A DNA stretch of 62,774 bases, the filler included. It is 5 parts of 5 records of this genome, joined end to end, with 100 filler letters (N's around TTAATTAATTAA, not from the genome) between each part and the next. Parts side by side here need not be neighbours in the genome. Positions count along the whole stretch, not along the records: positions 37,852 to 47,438 come from DRR723986_7334; positions 47,539 to 56,807 come from DRR723986_7335; 3 more parts are not named here. One strand, 5' to 3'. The notes beneath the pieces were generated by a model. The model did no database searches. It saw only the letters and a list, made by a program, of their open reading frames with translations, and had not been told where the DNA came from. Positions 40,047-49,653 of this stretch are shown piece after piece (positions within the stretch are counted from its first letter, which is position 1; each line of letters starts with the position of its first letter). Made by a program: the position numbers and the translations under genes.

Positions 40047-42905
40047 TTACCGCGACGTAAGCGCCAAAAGTTGCTGCCGCGCATCCTCAGCACCTTCAAA
40101 AGTTGGATCTAAATTTAAGGCCTGCTGCAAAACTCTTCTAGCATCCGTACGATTGCCACGCGCCAGATAAGCAATCCCTAATCGATATTTGTAAAGAGCT
40201 TCACCGGGCGCGCGCCTGGTGGCTTTTTCAAGATAATCAATTGCCTGTATGGTTTTACGCTCAGCCTGAAGCGCTACCCAGCCCGCAACACTTAAAATTG
40301 CAGGGTCATCAGGAGACATTAAGTAGGCACGTTCTGCCAACCTTGCACTTGCTCTGTTACCTAACCTCAAATAAACCAATGCCAATTTGGCAACAATATT
40401 GGCATCCGCTACGCCCGATTGCAGAATTCGTTCATATTGCTGACTTGCCTTTTGGAAGTCTTCAATTTGCTCGTATCTATGCGCTAGTTCTGTCCTAACC
40501 AATCGTGCTGGTTCATCGTCAGTCAAAAACTGTTCTAATTCTTCAATGCCGGAAGCCCCAAGCCCCATAGCATAAAGTGCCTTGGACAACCCTATTACCA
40601 ATTGCTCGGTTTGGATAGTTTGCAAAGCTTCGCGATATGCAGAAGCAGCAAGCTCTGGCTCACCTTTGTCCAGAAAAACCTGTCCAATTAGGCTTGCTGG
40701 AACATCTTCAGGTCTTTTCGATGACTTTAGAGAAGATAGGCGCGCCTCAGCCTCGGTTAATTTTCGCCCCAAAGCCTCAGTGGCAAATAAATACCACTCA
40801 ATTACATCAGCATCAATTGCCTCTTCTGTCGATTGAGCCGCTCTTTGAAAAGCTAAACGAGCACCTGTGAACAAGCCCGTGCGCAACAATGCGCGTCCAT
40901 GTAAAAGATTGGCTTCACCGCTTTCATATTTAAACACAGCATACCGGGACAATGGTCGCTGAGCTGCTCTTGGCTGATCCAGATCCAGCAATAACAGGCC
41001 CATACGTTTTAATATTTCCGGGTTATCGTTTCCTCTAACAGCCGTTGCTCGCGCCTCTTCAATAGCACGTGTTGTATTACCAGAGTCCGCTAAAGCCTGT
41101 GAATAATCGGCCCATAAAACGACAGAGTCTGGAATAAGCCTAACGGCTTCTCGGAAATAGGGTACAGCTTCTTCTGCTTTATTATTCTCGAGTAACACCT
41201 TGCCTAGTGCAGCCTTCGCTCTGGTATCAGTAGGCTTATCCTCTAGCAGTCGTTTCAAATCAGATTCTGCGCGATCATATTGCCCTAAATTCATGGCCGC
41301 TAATGCACGATTACGACGCGCCGTGAAATAATTAGATTCTAACGCCAAAGCTTGTGTAAAGGACTCAATCGCAGCTTCAAATTCACGCTTTTGAAACTCT
41401 AGTGTGCCCCTCATATTATACCCAAGCGCCCGACCGGGTGCCACTTCAATAATTTTCGAAATGGTAATGTTGGCGCCGTCGAAGTCATTTGTGCGTAACT
41501 GCATACTACCCATAACACCAAGGTCACGTATCTGAACATCAGTTGAGTTTGCAATAACGGACAATGTTGAGAGCGCATTGGCACTGTCGCCCGCAACAAA
41601 TTGTGCCAGAGCAAGTTTAGTATCCAGTCTTGGAATAACTTCTGTGCTCTGGGTTCCTTGAAGCTGAGCAACACGTTCATACATTGCCCGTCCTCGCTCT
41701 GTCTCGCCCTGAGCAATCAAAATAGCAGCCGCCATCGCAAGCACATTTACATCTGCATTTTGCTGCTCAACTAATGGCCGCAGTATATTATAGGCAGCAC
41801 GGGGTTGCTGTTTTTTAAGATGTGACCCCGCCAATGCTATTCTTGCTGTTCGATTAGCGGGCCTTGCACCTAGTACCTTAGTCAAAAGTTCAATTGCAAC
41901 ATCGTTATTGTCCAACTGGTAAGCAACTAAACCCCTCACGTATAAAGCCGGGAGAAAGTTTTCTGTAACGCTTCTGGAACGGTTGAGCAAAGCCTCAGCT
42001 TCAGCATACTCGCCTTTACTTGACAGAATAACACCAGACAAATAGAGCGCCATTGGGTCCTTTGGGTTAATTTCATAAACCGCATCCAAGTATCCCTCAG
42101 CCTCTGCATAAAGCTGTTGATTAATCTTGATTTCAGCCAACTCTAGATTTGCCATAACGTTGCCAGACGACAACCGTACGGCATCTGTCATATATTGTTC
42201 CGCAAGCTCCGTCTCGCCCATATACCTAGCAAGCAAACCGCGCGTGTATTGAACCATAGTGTTGTCTTGTGTGCGCTCATAAGCCTGGTCAGCTAAGAGT
42301 TTTGCTGTTTCAAGCTCGCCTTGTTTAAGTGCAAGCCGCGCCAGACCCAAATATGATTGATAGTTTTCAGGAAACTGCTCCTTTGCGTTTTCGTAAACCC
42401 TCTCTGCTTCCGAGAATGAACCTGTCGCAAAATGAGCATCGCCGGTAATAATGAGCGCCTCACTTCGAAACTCTGTGGGGATTGTTACACCACGCAATGC
42501 TGTCAAAGCCCGGTTATATTGCCCTTGAATTAATTTACTCTTGGCAAAAGGAACAGCCGTTGCTGCATAATCAGCTCCTAATTGGCGCGCACGATCAATA
42601 GCGGCCTCTGCGGGTATTCCACTCCCTATATTCAGATAGACCTCAGCCAAAAGACTATAGCTTTCGGCATCAGCACGACCATCATTATGTAAATCGTTAA
42701 TCAACTCCAAGGCTTGGTCATATTGCTTCTGTTCAATAAGCAATCGTGCTTGATCTTTAAAACCTGATTGGGCAAATGCGCTGAAAGAAATAAACGCAAT
42801 TAATGAGACAGCCATAAACAAAGACGAAAGGCCATCACCTCGCGCCGGAAAAGTGCCAATTATTCGGTTTCTAAACCATTCCGAAAAAACTGTTTTTTTA
42901 GTCAT
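40047..42905 (-). CDS. prsT: Long TPR protein, PEP-CTERM/XrtA system PrsT-like
   Basis: About 950 aa of tandem TPR repeats after a hydrophobic leader; directly downstream of the XrtA-type sugar transferase. Confidence 0.7.
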   Translation of the reverse strand: MTKKTVFSEWFRNRIIGTFPARGDGLSSLFMAVSLIAFISFSAFAQSGFKDQARLLIEQKQYDQALELINDLHNDGRADAESYSLLAEVYLNIGSGIPAEAAIDRARQLGADYAATAVPFAKSKLIQGQYNRALTALRGVTIPTEFRSEALIITGDAHFATGSFSEAERVYENAKEQFPENYQSYLGLARLALKQGELETAKLLADQAYERTQDNTMVQYTRGLLARYMGETELAEQYMTDAVRLSSGNVMANLELAEIKINQQLYAEAEGYLDAVYEINPKDPMALYLSGVILSSKGEYAEAEALLNRSRSVTENFLPALYVRGLVAYQLDNNDVAIELLTKVLGARPANRTARIALAGSHLKKQQPRAAYNILRPLVEQQNADVNVLAMAAAILIAQGETERGRAMYERVAQLQGTQSTEVIPRLDTKLALAQFVAGDSANALSTLSVIANSTDVQIRDLGVMGSMQLRTNDFDGANITISKIIEVAPGRALGYNMRGTLEFQKREFEAAIESFTQALALESNYFTARRNRALAAMNLGQYDRAESDLKRLLEDKPTDTRAKAALGKVLLENNKAEEAVPYFREAVRLIPDSVVLWADYSQALADSGNTTRAIEEARATAVRGNDNPEILKRMGLLLLDLDQPRAAQRPLSRYAVFKYESGEANLLHGRALLRTGLFTGARLAFQRAAQSTEEAIDADVIEWYLFATEALGRKLTEAEARLSSLKSSKRPEDVPASLIGQVFLDKGEPELAASAYREALQTIQTEQLVIGLSKALYAMGLGASGIEELEQFLTDDEPARLVRTELAHRYEQIEDFQKASQQYERILQSGVADANIVAKLALVYLRLGNRASARLAERAYLMSPDDPAILSVAGWVALQAERKTIQAIDYLEKATRRAPGEALYKYRLGIAYLARGNRTDARRVLQQALNLDPTFEGAEDARQQLLALTSR

Positions 42906-42918
42906 GTAATTACTCAAA

Positions 42919-44310
42919 CTAACGCACTCCATGCGGAAATAGCACCACTCTCAAAGTTTGAAGAATAATCAGCAAATCAAGGAAAAGCGAATAGTTCTTA
43001 ATATAATATAGATCATACTCTAGTTTCCGCCTGGAATCCTCAAAAGAAGCCCCATACGGATAGCGAATTTGAGCCCAGCCAGTTATTCCAGGCTTAAGGC
43101 AATGTCTTTCCGCATAAAAAGGGACTTTTTCTTTCAATTGATCAACAAAATATGGCCTTTCAGGCCGAGGCCCTACAAAACTCATATCTCCCAATAAAAC
43201 ATTTAAAGTCTGTGGGATTTCATCAATACGCGTGCGACGAAGAAAGCCGCCCACAGCTGTCACTCTAGGGTCTTTTTCTTTAGCAAACTCAGGAATACCA
43301 GACTGCTCAGCGTCTACCGTCATACTTCTTAGCTTTAAGACATCGAATGGCCTGCCGTTCAACCCAACCCTTTCTTGACGGTAAAAGATCGGTCCACGGC
43401 TCGTAAGCTTAATCAAAATAATACTGATCAAAGTAAGCGGCAATGTAACAGTAAGCACCAGTAAACTTATGGCAATATCCATAGCTCGCTTGGCCGCACG
43501 TTCTATCAGGCTGCCCCCTTTGAATCCCTCAGCAAAAATAATCCAATCAGCTTTCGTTGAGTCGATATCCACATACCCCCTTACCTCCTCAAAGAAGGCC
43601 AAACGGTCCATTATTTGAACACCTGCCAACTTACAAGCAATCAGAGATTCAATTGGAAGAGACTGTTTATCGAATTGATCCCCAATTACAATCAATTCAC
43701 AATCCAACTCATTTATCAATTTGGGCAAATTTAATGTTTCATCAAGCACTATAGCGTCATCTATGGCGATAGTTTCTCCAGGAAGAGCAACAACTGCCGC
43801 TATTTTCAATCCAGCTTCAGGCGAATTATCAGCCTCAGACTTAAGCGCAGCTGCTTGCGCTCCTGCGCCCAAAATCACAATTCGCCGACCAAGAAAGCTA
43901 TCTTTAGCAAAAAGAACGAAGCAAGTATGCGATATAAAAATAACCGTAACGGCCAAAGCAAATGACAGCAGCAAGATAGAGCGCCACAAAGGTAAGGTTG
44001 GTAGCAAGTAAGCCAATGCCGCGGTCAAAAGCAAACCTGTAACCATCGCTACAAGCATGCGCGGAAAAAACACCTTCATGTCGCCCATTGCATCAGACTG
44101 GTAAGCGCCAAAACCAAGTAAAAGTGGAAAAGAAAACAATGGGATAGCTAACTTTGCCGTCATTGAAGCGGCTGACTGAACTAGGCTTAAATCTAACGCA
44201 GACAAGCGAAGCCATTCTGCAAAAAACGCACAGCCCGTAATCAACACAACATCAACAATCGCCAGTGTCAGCTTTACTGGAGAAACATGGTGACGAAAAA
44301 TGCGCGCCAT
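42919..44310 (-). CDS. Priming sugar transferase, PEP-CTERM/XrtA-associated type
   Basis: MARIFRHHV N-terminus, TM helices, KRAMDI, YRQERVG, RIDEIPQ, GPRPERP, KPGITGWAQIRYPYGAS, YDLYYIKN. Confidence 0.85.
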   Translation of the reverse strand: MARIFRHHVSPVKLTLAIVDVVLITGCAFFAEWLRLSALDLSLVQSAASMTAKLAIPLFSFPLLLGFGAYQSDAMGDMKVFFPRMLVAMVTGLLLTAALAYLLPTLPLWRSILLLSFALAVTVIFISHTCFVLFAKDSFLGRRIVILGAGAQAAALKSEADNSPEAGLKIAAVVALPGETIAIDDAIVLDETLNLPKLINELDCELIVIGDQFDKQSLPIESLIACKLAGVQIMDRLAFFEEVRGYVDIDSTKADWIIFAEGFKGGSLIERAAKRAMDIAISLLVLTVTLPLTLISIILIKLTSRGPIFYRQERVGLNGRPFDVLKLRSMTVDAEQSGIPEFAKEKDPRVTAVGGFLRRTRIDEIPQTLNVLLGDMSFVGPRPERPYFVDQLKEKVPFYAERHCLKPGITGWAQIRYPYGASFEDSRRKLEYDLYYIKNYSLFLDLLIILQTLRVVLFPHGVR

Positions 44311-44509
44311 AAAATCAGCCCTTTCACACAAGCATCATCTGCTAGACAATCACTTGCGCCGCCCCCTATGCAAGAAAGCCATTTTTGAGTTTAACTAAAA
44401 AAAACGCAACAGAATTATTCGAGAACAGCATTGTTTCGTCAAAATGCTTATAAAGTTAGCCCACATAAACCTATAAATGTGAAACGATATGTAAATATGT
44501 CCCCGCGTA

Positions 44510-45385
44510 TCAGCCCTTTAAATTCAACATTGATGCCATCACTGAATGTGCTAATGCAATACCGCACCCAGGCCCAAGATTAACGAATCCACCAATAATA
44601 GGAGGTACACCAAGTATCTTGATAATAGCTGCCTGTTCTGCACATTCGATAGATGCAACACGAATATGATTAGTTAAGCTAGGGGCTATCAATTTTAGAA
44701 CACACATTGCTGCAATTCCCGACCACCCCTCAACTAAAACAGGGAGTTGGCAACTCCTGGCTGCAATTATTGCACCGACCATTGCAGCAACTTCACGGCC
44801 CGCCTCGTTTTTCATCATATTCAGCGTATCTACAGCGAATGCATTACCTTCATTTAAAGGCTTAGGTAACTGTTTTAAATCAGTAATGACCGATTCAATT
44901 AAACATTTACAATAGTATTCATTTCCTGGCGCTAAAGCAGCCAAGCCAAGAATATCTCCGCTCGCAGCTGCTGCCTCCATACCGAATCCAATAGCGGCCA
45001 TACATTGGTTTTCTGGCCACTCTTTAGACACAACATGTGGTACTTCAGGGGCCATCTCCAATATCCTAAGACCCACACCGCGCTCTTTACATAATTTACT
45101 AACAGGTTCTTGCCCCCTGCCCGCATTCTCTGTAAATTTTTTAAGAAGGCTTGTGCCATTTTGCCCCTCATAAGAGCTCACAAAAATACAAATATGGCTT
45201 TCATTTAGTGTTGGTTTAGATGCTTTTTGGTGATGCCCTAACCAAACCATTAAACTTGCAATTTCAGTTTGTGTTTCTTCATTAGCATTTTGAGCAACTG
45301 AACGCACATCACCGTTCGCACTACTAGAGCTAACAAGCTGCTTTATCAGGTCGATAAGATCGTCAAATGGTCTATGCACTGACAT
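44510..45385 (-). CDS. CobT-fold protein with degenerate active site
   Basis: Collinear with alphaproteobacterial CobT (PFDD, GFGMEA, GREVAAMVGAIIAAR, PVLVEG). GEMGIGN reads AALAPGN and LGEG reads LGPG. Confidence 0.75.
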   Translation of the reverse strand: MSVHRPFDDLIDLIKQLVSSSSANGDVRSVAQNANEETQTEIASLMVWLGHHQKASKPTLNESHICIFVSSYEGQNGTSLLKKFTENAGRGQEPVSKLCKERGVGLRILEMAPEVPHVVSKEWPENQCMAAIGFGMEAAAASGDILGLAALAPGNEYYCKCLIESVITDLKQLPKPLNEGNAFAVDTLNMMKNEAGREVAAMVGAIIAARSCQLPVLVEGWSGIAAMCVLKLIAPSLTNHIRVASIECAEQAAIIKILGVPPIIGGFVNLGPGCGIALAHSVMASMLNLKG

Positions 45386-45470
45386 GCAATATTCACCTAT
45401 AATATCATTATTTTAACTGGAAATAATGTGTGGTATTATGAATTATGCTTATTAAAAGCAATTGAAACGA

Positions 45471-45500
45471 CAAACTAATACAAATTATTACAAATTATTA
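45471..45500. repeat. Three phased 10-bp direct repeats in a divergent promoter region
   Basis: caaactaata-caaattatta-caaattatta. Confidence 0.6.
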
Positions 45501-45621
45501 ACTGCAACTTTTGTCTACTATGATAAAGTCTTTGGCATGGGTTGAGTGTTAACACTGCAGATATCATTATATAACTGTGAGTGTAGTTTTTGCGTTTATA
45601 GCAGGTAAGGCCTCAAACGTT

Positions 45622-47438
45622 ATGGCTTCTAGCAACAAAAAAGTTATTATTTCAACACTGCTTACTGGCACAGCTGTTGCCACAGGCACGCTGTTGTATG
45701 GTGTTTACTCTAACCAAACACCGAATCTTATTGTTTTAGACGACACAATTCCACCAGTTCTTAGCAGTGGACTATTGCCTCCACCAGCGACTTATCGCAT
45801 GCGTACAGCTCCACCAGCCGACATTCCTGGAATCCGCCGCCTCAAGATCGCACGACCAAGCCTGGCTTCCAGTGATGGCGCTAACGACAGCGCAGACGCT
45901 GACTTTTACCTTACAGGTACGCGCAGTGCAGACTTAATTCGCACGCCGGTTGAAGCGCGCATTGAAACCTTCCCTACCGTTACACTGGACGAAGCCGTTG
46001 AAGGCGCTCTCGCAGTTGATGAATGGGGTTTTCAGGTTGTTCAATCCTATTTGAACCAAGCCATGGGTGATTCTGAAATTTTAAAGGAGCGCATGGATGC
46101 GCTTCTAAATAGAATTGAAGATGCTGCAGCTGACTATGACTTGGCAACGATTGCTGATGCAGCAAACCTCATTATTGAAGCTGGTGCCCGCACACACTGG
46201 ACCGCATTTATGGCCCCCTTTGTTTTGGATGAAGGCTTTGAACTTAAAGAGGATGCTATTGGCTGGGACTTAGGACCTTCAAGCGACAAACCATACGAAG
46301 ACTTCATTCGTGTGTCCGCAGATAGTGAAATGCTTCAAGGCAACGGAATGAACAACGAAGCCTCAAGTGGCGGTCCTTCTATTTTGTCAAAAGGTGTTCA
46401 CAACATTGAGCAGTTTGTTGCAAACGGCATTAAAAACGGAAAATATCGTGTTGTTATTCTAACGGCCCCTCGACCAAACGGCCAGACGCCTTTGTATCCG
46501 TTTGGTGTGGACCTTAAGCGCAACGGCGCAAAAGTGAACATGGTTGATGCTCGTGCAACTGATGATTTAGTTCCAGTGATGAAATTGGCCACTGAAGGCG
46601 TTGATCGTTTATCAAGCTCCGGCGGCGCAGAATCAGAACAAACTTCATCAAATGATCAAAACCCAATCTTTACACTGACGGCCAGCGCCTCTAGCGAGTT
46701 GTTGCCGGTAATGCACCCCATGGGTGGCATTGATGCTGCGGTTACCCCGGGGTCCTATGCAGCTATGTCTAGTATAGGTAGCACTGCTGGTATGGCTGTT
46801 GATACTAGCCCTTTTGCCCAGGCAACAGGCGCCACAGGTGCTGGCAGTTCCACTGGCCATATGCTTGTCACCCGAGCAGAAGTGACTGATGGAACCTTGC
46901 GGATTAATTTCCGACAGCTCGGTGGACAAGACACTTATGTAACCGCTGTAATTATATACCCAGAGCCCGATTCTGATATTGAGCAGCAGTTAGCTGAGGA
47001 AATTGCAGAATTTATTGAGCGCGTTGCGCCTGCCGCTGCACAGGAAACATCTGAAGAAATTCTTGGTTTAGATGTCCCTATTATTGACCCTGTTGTTGTT
47101 TTTGCTGACAACGCCGGCGGTGACCCTACTAATGAGGCTTTGGCTGCAACACCCAGCGCTAATCCGCAAAGTGCAGAAACTGAGTCACAAGCCGACCCTG
47201 ACCCGGATCCGGAACCAGATGCAAATCCGGAACCAGATGCAGACCCGGAACCAGATGCAGACCCAGAACCAGATAATGAGCCAGTTAGTAATCAGCCCGA
47301 AGAGGCGCCTGCGCCAGATGACAATATAGCTGACCCTTTGGCGGGCGCACCTGAAGTGCCTGACGAGCCAACGGAACCAGAAGTTCCTGTTGAGCCCGAA
47401 GTGCCAGTAGAACCCGAGCCTGAGCCAGAACCCGAGCC
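45622..47438 (+). CDS. Exported/surface protein with possible carbohydrate-binding beta-sandwich and Pro/Glu/Asp-rich stalk (3'-truncated)
   Basis: KK plus hydrophobic N-terminal segment; WDLGP...IKNGKYRVVI...VTDGTLRINF; PEPDAD, PEVPVE and (PE)n repeats running into the spacer. Confidence 0.7.
47209..47274 (+). repeat. 18-bp coding tandem repeat (about 3.7 copies) encoding PEPDA(D/N)
   Basis: ccggaaccagatgcaaat, ccggaaccagatgcagac twice, then ccagaaccagat. Confidence 0.9.
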
Positions 47439-47538
47439 NNNNNNNNNNNNNNNNNNNNNNNNNNNNNNNNNNNNNNNNNNNNTTAATTAATTAANNNNNN
47501 NNNNNNNNNNNNNNNNNNNNNNNNNNNNNNNNNNNNNN
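47439..47538. other. Artificial contig-joining spacer
   Basis: 100 bp of N around TTAATTAATTAA; composition returns to GC-rich. Confidence 0.98.
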
Positions 47539-48595
47539 CCAGCCACTTCTCGAAATCCTCGAACAGTTCGGCAAAGCCCTGAAAGACGGAATACTTGCCG
47601 GCGGTCATCCCGTTCTCCCATCCGGCGTTGGGATAGCGCGATTGCATGAACAGGCCAGAGCGCCCGCGGGTCCGGCGTTCGACCGCCTTGGCGAAGATGC
47701 GGTCGATCTTGCCCGGGTTCGGTTCCTGCCGGGACATGGCGCGGTTGGGGTCGGTCAGGAACGCCTCGTACAGACGGTCCGCATGCGGCCAGATCTTGCG
47801 CGCGACGAAGCAGTCGGACCGCCGCAGAAGCTGCAGGTGGTCGTCGTAGAAGATGTGCGGCTTGCCTTGGAAGTCGAACTTCGACAGCGTCAGGGACCGG
47901 CTTTCGATCCGCGTCGAATACAGCCGCGCGAGGGTCTGGAAATAGCTCTCGTCCGGGATCCAGACGCGCCGGAAATAGGTGTCGTACTTGCGCCGGTCCG
48001 GGTCCTGAAGGATCGCCGAAAGGGTCTGGCGCGTCAGGCACCACCACTGGCTGCCCATATGCGGAACGATGCCGTTCGGCAGGCTGCGGCGATAGCCGAC
48101 CCGCCGCTGAATCTCGACGAAAGCGTCGAAAAGGTAGCGATGCCGGCGCCACGAAAACGGGAAATGCAGCGTGAACCGCTCCTCGTCCAGCCCGCCGACC
48201 GTCCAAGGCACATCCGCCGTCGTCGCGCTTTCGATGAAATCGGTGCGCGGGCGGTCGGCGAGGTAGTCGATCAGTTCCTCCACCGGGCGCAGCGGCAGGC
48301 AGGATCCGGAGGCGAGGTAGACGTGCCGCACGTCCTCGAACCGTTTCAGCATCAGTTCGGAGGCGTCCTGACTGGCAGCCACCAGCCCCCAAGTTCCCCA
48401 TTCGCACCGATGCCGGCGGGAGAAAAGGATCGTGGGAATATCCGCCAGCGCCTGCACGAAGCGGTCGTGACGATCCTTCTTCACCGCCTTGTCGACATGG
48501 ATCACCACCGGGCAACCGGCGGCGGCCCAGTGGCGCGCCACCTGCTCCGCCCGGTCGAAGGCCGTATGCACCAGCATGATGACGCCGACGCTCAT
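47539..48595 (-). CDS. GT14/Core-2 branching-enzyme-like glycosyltransferase (3'-truncated)
   Basis: ATG 48595 overlaps the upstream stop (ATGA); IHVD, WGTWGLV, LASGSCLPL, GSQWWCLTR, PDESYFQT, FVARK. Confidence 0.8.
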
Positions 48596-49602
48596 GCCCA
48601 GTTGCCCTTGGACATGAGGCCGAGGATCTCGAGTTGTCGCCAGTTGATGTATTTCTCGGACCATTTGCACCAAAGGTCCGGGTCGTCCTGCACCCCCTCG
48701 GCGTAGGCGATGTATTCGCGGCTGGCGCCGTAATGCTGCGCGCGTTCCAGTTCCTCCGCCGCCTTTTCGGCAAAGGTCGAGAGGAACTTCGTGTGCAGCA
48801 GGATGCCGCTGGCCTTCTCGCCGCCCCATTCGTCGTAGACGAGGTTCAACCCGCGCGGCAGCAGATTGTGGGTCGAGGAGACATAGGCATAGCGCCGGTT
48901 CCACTTCACCAGCGGCACCTTGTTCAGCGCGGGCGCCAGTTCCGGCGTGTCGGCAAAGAACATCCGCGCGCGCGGCCCGCCCTGTATCCAGAGATTGCCG
49001 AAGTTCCAGTTCTTGGTGATCGCGTAGTTGCCCGCGTCGAACCAGTTCGCGATCTCCAGCGGATCCTGTCCGGCGCGGTAGGGCTGCGCGTCCATGCGCC
49101 CCTTGGGGTACATGTCCAGCAGCATGGCCGAAAAGGACTTGATCGACGAGGCGTCCAGCCAGTCGGTCAGGGCGCGTAGCGGTCGCGTATCGCAGAACGG
49201 GTAGAGGAACAGCTCATCCGGGTCGACGGTCAGTGTCCAGTGCCCGTGGCCGTATTTCATCAGCAGCCAGTTCATCCAGTCGACGCCGAAACGGGCGCGC
49301 TTGTAGCTGGCTGTGGTGGTCCAGACCGAACAATCCGGCTGGCTGGCGAGGTAATCGAGCGACCCGTCGGTGGAGTCGTTGTCCACGAACAGGAAGTGGT
49401 TCACCCCCATCTCGCGGTAGTAGCGCAGGAACCACGGCAGGCGCACGCCCTCGTTGCGCTGGGTCGAAAAGACCAGCAGGTCGGAGGGGCGGATATCGGA
49501 CGTGCGATTGGCGACGGGACGCAGGTCGCGGCGCTTGCGGAAGGCGCGGATCAGCCAGCGTTTGCGCTGGACCCGCAATTTGTATGACCGCCATGCGCCC
49601 AA
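48592..49602 (-). CDS. GT2-like (GT-A fold) glycosyltransferase
   Basis: RNEGVRLPWFLRYY, FVDNDSTDGS, TVDPDE, LLHTKF. Confidence 0.85.
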   Translation of the reverse strand: MGAWRSYKLRVQRKRWLIRAFRKRRDLRPVANRTSDIRPSDLLVFSTQRNEGVRLPWFLRYYREMGVNHFLFVDNDSTDGSLDYLASQPDCSVWTTTASYKRARFGVDWMNWLLMKYGHGHWTLTVDPDELFLYPFCDTRPLRALTDWLDASSIKSFSAMLLDMYPKGRMDAQPYRAGQDPLEIANWFDAGNYAITKNWNFGNLWIQGGPRARMFFADTPELAPALNKVPLVKWNRRYAYVSSTHNLLPRGLNLVYDEWGGEKASGILLHTKFLSTFAEKAAEELERAQHYGASREYIAYAEGVQDDPDLWCKWSEKYINWRQLEILGLMSKGNWA

Positions 49603-49653
49603 GAACAGACCACCCCTTCGGACCGGATCCCCGATCAGCTTCAGGCGCTGCTA

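Noticed and set aside
45533-45548. TGGCATGGGTTGAG as a sigma54/PrsR-dependent promoter
   Set aside because: No GC at the -12 position; GG-N10-GC is not satisfied.
47209-47438. Tandem repeats as a CRISPR array
   Set aside because: No spacers; in-frame 18-bp and 6-bp coding repeats.
37852-47438. AT-rich segment as a horizontally acquired island
   Set aside because: Bounded exactly by artificial spacers, with no integrase, tRNA or att sites; a different source genome is the simpler explanation.
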